Origin: Candidatus Freyarchaeum deiterrae
GTDB taxonomy: Archaea > Asgardarchaeota > Jordiarchaeia > Jordiarchaeales > Jordiarchaeaceae
Length of the DNA stretch: 64,000 nucleotides
Assembly: GCA_037305845.1 (NCBI GenBank)
Contig: CP147778.1
Location: 2,848,001-2,912,000 of the forward strand
Reading direction: 5' to 3'
In this document: in pieces, positions 50,733 through 58,470 of the stretch
Numbering within the stretch: the stretch's first letter is position 1
Layout of the letters: each line of letters begins with the position of its first letter
Program-made: the position numbers and the translations under genes
The notes under the pieces: generated by a model
Database searches by the model: none
What the model saw: only the letters and a program-made list of their open reading frames with translations
What the model was told of the DNA's origin: nothing

Positions 50733-51257
50733 ATGGATATTTTTGAGGCAATAAAAAATAGGAGAAGCATCAGAGACTATAATCCGAGCAAAAAGGTGCC
50801 CAAGGACGCGATAGAGAAAATAGTTGACGCTGCAAGATGGGCTCCCTCAGCCGGCAACCAACAGCCAATAGAGGTTGTGGCGGTTTCAGAGAAAGAAAAA
50901 AGAGAGAAGCTGGTCGCAGCATCTGGAAACGCTCCCTACCTCAAAGACTCTCCAGTGGCTCTGGTAGTATGTGTCAATCATAATAAGTACGCTAAGGGAT
51001 ACGCTAACGCCGTCTCATTTTTTATGCCCATGGACGCATCAGCTGCAATGCAGAACATGATGCTCGCAGCCTACGCACAAGGCCTAGGAACCTGCTGGGA
51101 TTCCGTTCTCAACAAAAGTGTGATAAGAGAACTACTGAACATCCCCGAATACGTAGAACCGTTCAGCATCCTAGCACTAGGCTACCCGTCAAAGATACCC
51201 GAAAAACCACCTACCAGAAGAAAAATCGAAGAAATGATCCACTGGGACACCTACTAA
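50733..51257 (+). CDS. Nitroreductase family protein
   Basis: RRSIR, WAPSAGNQQP, QNMMLAAYAQGLGTCW. Confidence 0.92.
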   Translation: MDIFEAIKNRRSIRDYNPSKKVPKDAIEKIVDAARWAPSAGNQQPIEVVAVSEKEKREKLVAASGNAPYLKDSPVALVVCVNHNKYAKGYANAVSFFMPMDASAAMQNMMLAAYAQGLGTCWDSVLNKSVIRELLNIPEYVEPFSILALGYPSKIPEKPPTRRKIEEMIHWDTY

Positions 51258-51393
51258 AAGCAGCAGCATAAACAGCCGAAAAACAGGCAAACTTCACACG
51301 TTTCTTTTTATTATCTATTTTTGTCTCGACAAGATTTCTCAAATAGCTAAGCATTAAAACATGATTGTAACATTATTAATTTGAGGTTGAGCC

Positions 51394-52512
51394 ATGACCA
51401 CATTCATTCCCACTAATTCCAAGAGCATAATCCTCAAAAGAAATTTTGCCGACGGCTGGTTCCTCGAGAAATACGCCATGAACATTTACCGCGGATGCCA
51501 ACACGCCTGCGAATACTGCGACGGTAGATCCCAAAAATACTATCTAGACTTGGATATCGCAAACAAAATCTACGTCAAGGTCAACGCCCCGGAGCTAGTG
51601 AAAAAAGGGCTGAAAAACAAAGAGAAAGGAATAGTAGCCGTTGGAGGTGGAATAGGCGACTCCTACCAACCAGCAGAGAAAAAGTACGAATTAACAAGAA
51701 AAGTGCTAGAAGTTCTAAGAGAATTAGAATTTCCAGCCTTCATTTTAACCAAATCCAGCCTAGTAGATAGAGACATCGATTTACTCGAAAAAATAAATGA
51801 GCAAAGTCTAGCTCTGGTCGCCCTAACCATCACGACCCTAGATGATGATGTCTGGAAAACCTGGGAGCCACGAGCATCTCCCCCAGAAGAAAGATTTGGC
51901 ACAATTGGAAAATTTTCAAGAGCTGGTGTTCCAACAGGAGTGGTAATGATGCCCCTTCTGCCATTCATCTCCGATACTGCAGACTCCATAGAACAACTGG
52001 TCTCCCGAGCCAAAGAGGAGGGAGCGAGTTTTGTTCTCGTATCAGGTTTAACTCTGAGAGACCGACAGAGAGACTACTACTACCAAAAACTGAAAGAAAA
52101 GTATCCCGACCTCATCCCAAAATACAACCAAATTTACGGTGAGAGCGGATACTCACCAAGTCAAGAATACATGGAAAAATTGAACGGAATAGTTCTGCAA
52201 GTTTGCAGAAAGTATGAAATGCCGCCCCGAATCCCCCACAAATTTTTCCACGGAAAAATCGGAATAAAAGACGAAATCTCACACGTACTATCCCAAATAG
52301 GGTACCTAATGGAACTGACCGGAAAAAGAGGAAGCTCGTACAGAAAAGCAGCCAACCAAGTTTTCAAAACCACAGAAGATATAACCAAACTCTCAAAGGA
52401 AGGAAGAATCACCGAAATTTCTGGAGTAGGCGAAAAAATAGGAAAAGTAATAGACGAAATAATACAAACCAGCGAAAGCGAACACTATCTGAAATTAATG
52501 AAACTCAAGTAG
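51394..52512 (+). CDS. SplB/Rv2578c-like radical SAM protein fused to a PolX-type 8-kDa HhH domain
   Basis: YRGCQHACEYC, DSYQPAE, LTKS..V.RDID, WEPRASPP; C-terminal YRKAA...ISGVGEKIGKVIDEII. Confidence 0.88.
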   Translation: MTTFIPTNSKSIILKRNFADGWFLEKYAMNIYRGCQHACEYCDGRSQKYYLDLDIANKIYVKVNAPELVKKGLKNKEKGIVAVGGGIGDSYQPAEKKYELTRKVLEVLRELEFPAFILTKSSLVDRDIDLLEKINEQSLALVALTITTLDDDVWKTWEPRASPPEERFGTIGKFSRAGVPTGVVMMPLLPFISDTADSIEQLVSRAKEEGASFVLVSGLTLRDRQRDYYYQKLKEKYPDLIPKYNQIYGESGYSPSQEYMEKLNGIVLQVCRKYEMPPRIPHKFFHGKIGIKDEISHVLSQIGYLMELTGKRGSSYRKAANQVFKTTEDITKLSKEGRITEISGVGEKIGKVIDEIIQTSESEHYLKLMKLK

Positions 52513-52570
52513 AGTGCATCAGAAAATTGAAAAGAGCTTCAAAATCAAAAAGTAGCATATATCTAATCGC

Positions 52571-52685
52571 TTTTATTCCATACTTTGAAGTTGAGTAGGA
52601 ACTCATCAACCTCTACGTTGTTTTTGCATTTAACAAAAAGAATAACTAATAGAACGCGGGACTATTCGTTATAGAGGGTTAAAAT
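52571..52685 (+). repeat. Conserved cassette spacer
   Basis: TTTTTGCATTTAACAAAAAGAATAACTAATAGAA...ATAGAGGGTTAAAAT-ATG. Confidence 0.8.
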
Positions 52686-53543
52686 ATGAGTAGGAAAAAG
52701 GTTACCGGAATAAAGGTGTGCGCTTCCTGTGGTACCGAGACGCCGAGTGATGCCTTGTATTGCCCGCATTGCGTTGAGCCTATCGACCCAAGTTACTTGT
52801 ACGGTGAAAATCTCTTTTCAGAAGGTTCCTCCGTTGAAGGGAGAGAAGTGACCAGAGAAGAACTATCTATAAAACCTGGTTCTCAGAATATGTCGGGAAT
52901 ATTCCCATACCTAATACCATATCAAACATTATATGAAGGTGTGATTCAAGGGCTAGTAACTGGAGAATTAATGACAAATTTAGATAGAAATGAACATTAT
53001 AATGGAAGTTATTTTACTATTAAATTGGAAGAAGACTTTGAGGGAGTTCCTAAAGAAATCCTAGTTTCAGTCAGACTAAATTACCTACGAATAGGCGATA
53101 AAGTAACTTTACAAGGGAAAATAATCAAAGAAGTTCTTAAAAAATGGAGAAAACCAAATTATCTAATTCTCGCAGACCGCGTCTATAATGAATCCCTTAA
53201 TATTGGCACTGAAGTATTAATGGTTTCAAAACAAGTGATATATAAAGGCATAATTCGAGGTTTGGTAACAGAAGGCTCAAGATTGTTAATGACAAGACCT
53301 TCTTTTAATTTGGGGTCTTCTTTTTTGATGAAACTAGATGAAAATATGGGAATTGCAGAGATTCCTGATGAACTTCTAGTTCAAACTAGTAGGGGTTATT
53401 TCAGAAAAGGCGATAAAGTAATTCTGGAAGGAAAAATATTTAGAATTACTCTTAAAAAAATAGAAAGACCAACGTATGCAATTAAAGTAGACCATTTCTA
53501 TAATGAATCGCTTCAGATTGGCGATGGGGGAATTGTCAATTGA
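52686..53543 (+). CDS. Zn-ribbon + 2x OB-fold-like repeat protein (array 2)
   Basis: CASCG..CPHC plus two modules. Confidence 0.85.
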   Translation: MSRKKVTGIKVCASCGTETPSDALYCPHCVEPIDPSYLYGENLFSEGSSVEGREVTREELSIKPGSQNMSGIFPYLIPYQTLYEGVIQGLVTGELMTNLDRNEHYNGSYFTIKLEEDFEGVPKEILVSVRLNYLRIGDKVTLQGKIIKEVLKKWRKPNYLILADRVYNESLNIGTEVLMVSKQVIYKGIIRGLVTEGSRLLMTRPSFNLGSSFLMKLDENMGIAEIPDELLVQTSRGYFRKGDKVILEGKIFRITLKKIERPTYAIKVDHFYNESLQIGDGGIVN

Positions 53544-53655
53544 ATTTATTCAGATAAATTTGAATCTAGGAATAATTCATATCTATGGTGTTTTTGCATG
53601 CACCGAAAAGAATAATTGGAAAGATTATGTTTTAATTAAAATAGAGGGTTGAAAG
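53544..53655 (+). repeat. Conserved cassette spacer
   Basis: TTTTTGCATGCACCGAAAAGAATAATT...AATAGAGGGTTGAAAG-ATG. Confidence 0.75.
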
Positions 53656-54474
53656 ATGAGCGAGAATAGGAAAAAGACCAAAAGAAGTTACCAAAAACCC
53701 GCGGTTCCCACTGTTTTAAGCACGGCCAGCGGTGACGCAACACAAACATTATTATATGAAGGTACTTTCCGAGGTCTGGTAACTGGTGAATCGGTCGATA
53801 TTCCAACCAATATGATAGGAGCCCAAAAAATTGATACTGGAGTCACCCTTTCGAGTTCTTCGAATTTAAATATCTTCACTCCTAACACTTGGCACGGCGG
53901 AGCTCAAGCCAAGTTTGTCATGAAACTGGAAGAAAACATTGAGGGAGTTCCTGATGAAATTCTAGTCCAAACCACCCAGTTTGGTCACTTCGGTAAAAAC
54001 GATAAAGTAATTCTGGAAGGAAAAGTATTCAGGATAAATTTTAAACATTGGGATAAACTATTCTACTCCCTTATTGCAGAACATTACTATAACGAATCAC
54101 TACAGATTGGCGATGAAGGATTCCGGGAAAATGAACAAGAAGTATACAAAGGCACTATCCGAGGTTCGGTGAATAAAGAATCAAGAACGCATATTAACGT
54201 GTATTATAAATCAAAACCTCACCATCCTCACAGTCGTCCAGCTCCCTCTTCTCCTCACTATTCTTTTGGGGATATTTATTTTACCATGAACTTAGAAAAA
54301 ATTGGAATCGCAGGGGTTCCGGATGAAATTCTAGTTAAATTAACAAAACCGTACGAATTCATAAAAGGCGATAAGTTAGTTTTGCAAGGAAAAGTAGTTA
54401 AAAGAAATCTTAAACATTGGAATAGACCGATGTATATTATTTTTGCAGAAAATTACGACAAAGAATCTCCATAG
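53656..54474 (+). CDS. 2x OB-fold-like repeat protein lacking the Zn ribbon (array 2)
   Basis: Two modules; N-terminus has no CxxC pairs. Confidence 0.85.
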   Translation: MSENRKKTKRSYQKPAVPTVLSTASGDATQTLLYEGTFRGLVTGESVDIPTNMIGAQKIDTGVTLSSSSNLNIFTPNTWHGGAQAKFVMKLEENIEGVPDEILVQTTQFGHFGKNDKVILEGKVFRINFKHWDKLFYSLIAEHYYNESLQIGDEGFRENEQEVYKGTIRGSVNKESRTHINVYYKSKPHHPHSRPAPSSPHYSFGDIYFTMNLEKIGIAGVPDEILVKLTKPYEFIKGDKLVLQGKVVKRNLKHWNRPMYIIFAENYDKESP

Positions 54475-54583
54475 ATTGGATACCTTGAATCGTAAAAAAT
54501 TATTTATCCCTTATGTGTTTATGCGTTTACCGAAATGGGTAATTAATATGATGATGGTACTAATCATGATTGAGGGTTGAAAG
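54475..54583 (+). repeat. Conserved cassette spacer, diverged copy
   Basis: TTTATGCGTTTACCGAAATGGGTAATTAATA...GTACTA...TTGAGGGTTGAAAG-ATG. Confidence 0.65.
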
Positions 54584-55480
54584 ATGAGCAGAAAAAATGT
54601 TTCCGAAGCAAATGAGTGCGTTCACTGCGGTAAACCGGTTCCGAGTGGTGCCGAGTTCTGTCCAAATTGCGGTGAGCCCGTCGAGGAGAATTCGATGCAT
54701 GATGAAAGCACATCTTCAGAAGAAGAGATGGCGCCCGTTGAGAAAAAGGAAGAGACCGGTAAAAGTTATGACTTGTCCGCTAACCCCTTTGTTCCAAAAC
54801 AGGACAGCAGTCAGGTTCCAAAAAAGCCCAGCATCAAGGGAGAACAAGTATCGTATAATGGTACTATTCGAGGTTCAGTAACACAAGAATCAAAAAATTT
54901 TCTTAACACTCCAGGAGAAGTTTTTTTTCAGGGAGTTCGTTTTTCCATAAAATTAGAAGAAAATGTTGGAATCGAAGAAATTCTTAATGAACTTACAGTC
55001 TTCAATTTCACGTTTGTATTTATGGGGATAGGTGACAAAGTAATTCTACAAGGAAGAGTAATTAAAAATTTTGATGAATCGGGTAGAGCAGGGTATTACA
55101 TTAGTGCAGACCATTTTTATAACGAATCACTTCAGATTGGCGATGAAGGATTTAGGCAAAAAACGTATACATTATACGAAGGTGTGACCCAAGGTTTAGT
55201 AACAAGGGAGCCAAAAATAAGTGTCGATCCAGGAAACTTTTTTTTAAATATTCAGTTTCCCGTGAAATTAGTCGAAAATACCGGAATTAAAGAAGTTCCC
55301 ACCGAAATCCTAGTTCAAACCAAAAAGCCGGGTTACTTTAGAATAGGTGATAAAGTAATTCTACAAGGAAAAATACTTAGAAAAGACCTCAAACAATGGG
55401 GCAAACCAATGTACGTATTCGAAGCAGACCACTTCTATAACGAATCACTCCAGATCGGCGACGGAGAAATTATCCGTTGA
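54584..55480 (+). CDS. Zn-ribbon + 2x OB-fold-like repeat protein (array 2)
   Basis: CVHCG..CPNCGEP plus two modules. Confidence 0.85.
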   Translation: MSRKNVSEANECVHCGKPVPSGAEFCPNCGEPVEENSMHDESTSSEEEMAPVEKKEETGKSYDLSANPFVPKQDSSQVPKKPSIKGEQVSYNGTIRGSVTQESKNFLNTPGEVFFQGVRFSIKLEENVGIEEILNELTVFNFTFVFMGIGDKVILQGRVIKNFDESGRAGYYISADHFYNESLQIGDEGFRQKTYTLYEGVTQGLVTREPKISVDPGNFFLNIQFPVKLVENTGIKEVPTEILVQTKKPGYFRIGDKVILQGKILRKDLKQWGKPMYVFEADHFYNESLQIGDGEIIR

Positions 55481-55593
55481 ATTTGTTTTAATACTTTTGA
55501 GTGGAGGAATTTATTCATCGCTTCGGTTTTTTTGCATTTACCAAAAGAATAATTAATAGAAAGAGCCCTCTATCTGTAGTAGAGGGTTGAAAG
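55481..55593 (+). repeat. Conserved cassette spacer
   Basis: TTTTTGCATTTACCAAAAGAATAATTAATAGAA...GTAGAGGGTTGAAAG-ATG. Confidence 0.8.
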
Positions 55594-56445
55594 ATGAGTA
55601 CAAAAAAGGAGCTTTGCGCTTATTGCGGCACACAAGTTCCAAGTGGTGCCCTGTACTGTCCACACTGCGGTGAACCTACTGACACAAGTTCCGAGTATGA
55701 TGAAGAAATCTCTTCTGAAGGGGCATTTTTTGGGGAGGAGAAAGAGACTGGCAAAGGTGAAGAAATAACTTCCGTTCCCATTATTTCAAGCACACCTAGC
55801 GAGCGTGGAACACGAGTATTATATAAAGGTATGATTCGAGGTTCAGTAGCAAGTGAATCAACACTGAAGCTTTCACCCGAAGGGCGTAGTGTGAATCTTC
55901 GTGAAGTTTATTTTGTTATGAAATTAGAGGAAAAAATTGGAATTGAAGGAATCCCCGAAGAAATTCTGGTTCTCACTCGAAATTTTGGTTACTTCGGGAT
56001 TGGTGATAGAGTAATTTTGCAGGGAAAAATACTTAAAACAGTCCTTAAAAAATGGGAAAGACCAATGTATACCATTCTCGCATACGATTTCTATAATGAA
56101 TCACTCCAGATCGGCGATGAAAAATTAATGAGGGGAAAACAAGTATTATATGAAGGTACGATTCGAGGTTTAGTAACGAAAGGATCAATAATAAATGTTT
56201 CAGGACATTTGCGGTTTTTTGTAACTTATTTCGCCATAAAATTAGAAGAAAATATTGGAATTCCAGGACTTCCAGACGAAATTCTAGTTCGCTATGACAG
56301 CCAAGGCTATTTTAGGACAGGGGATAGAGTAATTTTGCAGGGAAAAATACTTAAAACAGTTCTTAAAAAATGGGAAAGACCAATGTATGCCATACAGGCA
56401 GGACGTTTCTATAACGAAACACTTCAAGTTGGAAATAGGTTCTGA
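55594..56445 (+). CDS. Zn-ribbon + 2x OB-fold-like repeat protein (array 2)
   Basis: CAYCG..CPHCGEP plus two modules. Confidence 0.85.
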   Translation: MSTKKELCAYCGTQVPSGALYCPHCGEPTDTSSEYDEEISSEGAFFGEEKETGKGEEITSVPIISSTPSERGTRVLYKGMIRGSVASESTLKLSPEGRSVNLREVYFVMKLEEKIGIEGIPEEILVLTRNFGYFGIGDRVILQGKILKTVLKKWERPMYTILAYDFYNESLQIGDEKLMRGKQVLYEGTIRGLVTKGSIINVSGHLRFFVTYFAIKLEENIGIPGLPDEILVRYDSQGYFRTGDRVILQGKILKTVLKKWERPMYAIQAGRFYNETLQVGNRF

Positions 56446-56556
56446 ATTTATCAGGATACTTGGAATGAGGAAATCATTCATTCTTTCTGCGTTTTGCATT
56501 TATCAAAAAGAATAACTAATAGAAAGAGGGTACTACTCATAATAGAGGGTTAAACT
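56446..56556 (+). repeat. Conserved cassette spacer
   Basis: TTTTGCATTTATCAAAAAGAATAACTAATAGAA...GTACTA...AATAGAGGGTTAAACT-ATG. Confidence 0.8.
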
Positions 56557-57423
56557 ATGAGTATAATAAAGGATCTTTGCGCTTACTGCGGCACCCAAGT
56601 TCCAAGCGGCGCCCTGTACTGTCCACGTTGCGGCGAGCCCATTGACCCAAGTTCTTCATATGACGAAGGCAACTCCTCTGAAAGAGCACTAGAGGAGGAA
56701 GCGGAAGAGACTGGTCAAAGTTATAAATTTGCCCCAAATCCATTTGTTCCAGACATGTCTAGCATCGAGATAACCAAAGTATTATACGAAGGCATGATTC
56801 GAGGCTCAGTAACAGGCGAATCAACAGTGAGGCCTATATATAACTGGTTGGGTAAGCGTTATATGGATTTTCGCGCAGTTTTTTTTGTTATGAGATTAGA
56901 AGAAAGCTTTGAACGAATTCCTAATGAAATTTTAGTTAAAACTTACGACTTTGGCTATTTTGGTGTAGGCGATAAAATAATTTTACAAGGAAAAATACTT
57001 AAAACAATTCTTAAACAATGGGGCAGAACAATATACCTAATTAAGGCAGACCATTTCTATAATGAAACACTTCAAATTGGAGATACGATATTCGGGATAA
57101 GAACACAAGAATTGTATAAGGGTATTATTCGAGGTTCAGTAACCAAAGAACAAAGAATAGATATTGATAACAATAGGAACTTATTTCAAACATATTTTTT
57201 CATGAAATTAGTAGGAGATATTGGAGTCGCAGGACTTCCCGACGAAATTCTAGTTCGCTATTGCAAGGCGGGTTATTTCAGGATAGGTGATAAAGTAATT
57301 TTACAAGGAAAAATATTTAAAACAATTCTTGAACGATGGGGCAAACCAATGTACGTAATTGAAGCAAATCATTTCTATAACGAATCACTCCAGATTGGCG
57401 ATGGAGAACTTCTTATCCATTAA
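56557..57423 (+). CDS. Zn-ribbon + 2x OB-fold-like repeat protein (array 2)
   Basis: CAYCG..CPRCGEP plus two modules. Confidence 0.85.
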   Translation: MSIIKDLCAYCGTQVPSGALYCPRCGEPIDPSSSYDEGNSSERALEEEAEETGQSYKFAPNPFVPDMSSIEITKVLYEGMIRGSVTGESTVRPIYNWLGKRYMDFRAVFFVMRLEESFERIPNEILVKTYDFGYFGVGDKIILQGKILKTILKQWGRTIYLIKADHFYNETLQIGDTIFGIRTQELYKGIIRGSVTKEQRIDIDNNRNLFQTYFFMKLVGDIGVAGLPDEILVRYCKAGYFRIGDKVILQGKIFKTILERWGKPMYVIEANHFYNESLQIGDGELLIH

Positions 57424-57538
57424 TTTTATTCTGATACTTTTGAAATTTGGGAAATTATTCATCTCTACGGTGTTTTTGCAGTTATAAAAAAGAATAATAA
57501 ATAGAACAGGGATATTGCTCGCAATAGAGGGTTGAAAA
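57424..57538 (+). repeat. Conserved cassette spacer
   Basis: TTTTTGCAGTTATAAAAAAGAATAATAAATAGAA...AATAGAGGGTTGAAAA-ATG. Confidence 0.8.
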
Positions 57539-58405
57539 ATGAGTGTAAAAAAGGGATTATGCGTTTACTGTGGCAACAAAGTTCCAAGTGATGCCCAATT
57601 CTGTCCACACTGCGGTGAACCTACCGACACGAGTTCCGAGTATGATGAAGAAATCTCTTCCGGAGAAACATTTGTTGGGGAGGAGAAAGAGACTAGCAAA
57701 AGTGAAGAAATAACTCCTGTTCCCACTATTTCAAGAGAGCCCAGTGGCCATGGAACACGAGAAATCTATAAAGGTACGATTAGAGGTTTAGTGGCGGGTG
57801 AATCAACACTTTCATTCACTTTAAAAGGGAATTTCGTGAATCCTAGCGAAGTTTATTTTGTTATGAAATTAGAGGATAGATTTGGAATTGCAGGAATTCC
57901 CGACGAAATTCTGGTTCAAACTTTAAACTTCGGTTATTTCGGGATGGGCGATAAAGTAGTTTTGCAAGGAAAAATACTTGAAACAGTTCTTAAAAAATGG
58001 GAAAGACCAATGTATACTATTCTTGCGCGCGATTTCTATAATGAATCACTTCAGGTTGGAGTAGAGGGATTAATGGGGAAAAAACAAAAAATATATGAGG
58101 GTACGATTCGAGGTTTGGTAACGAAAGGATCAATAATAAGTGTAGCAGGTGGAGGCATTAGTCGTTTTTTTGCAACTTATTTCGCCATAAACTTGAAAGA
58201 AAACAGTGGAATTGCAGGAATCCCCGACGAAATTCTAGTTCGCTATAACAAGAAAGGTCATTTCAGGATAGGTGATAAAGTAATTTTACAGGGAAGAATA
58301 GTTAAAGGGGATATTAGAAGCTGGAGTAGACCAATGTATCTAATTGAAGCAAACCATTTCTATAATGAATCACTCCAGTTTGGCGATTTGGGATTTAAAT
58401 ATTGA
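57539..58405 (+). CDS. Zn-ribbon + 2x OB-fold-like repeat protein (array 2)
   Basis: CVYCG..CPHCGEP plus two modules. Confidence 0.85.
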   Translation: MSVKKGLCVYCGNKVPSDAQFCPHCGEPTDTSSEYDEEISSGETFVGEEKETSKSEEITPVPTISREPSGHGTREIYKGTIRGLVAGESTLSFTLKGNFVNPSEVYFVMKLEDRFGIAGIPDEILVQTLNFGYFGMGDKVVLQGKILETVLKKWERPMYTILARDFYNESLQVGVEGLMGKKQKIYEGTIRGLVTKGSIISVAGGGISRFFATYFAINLKENSGIAGIPDEILVRYNKKGHFRIGDKVILQGRIVKGDIRSWSRPMYLIEANHFYNESLQFGDLGFKY

Positions 58406-58470
58406 GCTTATTCTGCACTAAAAAAAGGATTATTGGAGGTGGGTGTTAAAATTTTTTTCTTTTCTTTCTT

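Noticed and set aside
52571-57538. CRISPR array or integron attC cassette array
   Set aside because: Spacers are ~110-bp diverged promoter-like units separated by ~850-bp paralogous genes; no cas or integrase gene and no GTTRRRY/RYYYAAC long hairpin.
36898-58405. Diversity-generating retroelement as the source of module variation
   Set aside because: No reverse transcriptase in the window and no TR/VR pair differing only at adenines; variation includes indels and all bases. A remote DGR cannot be excluded from this window alone.
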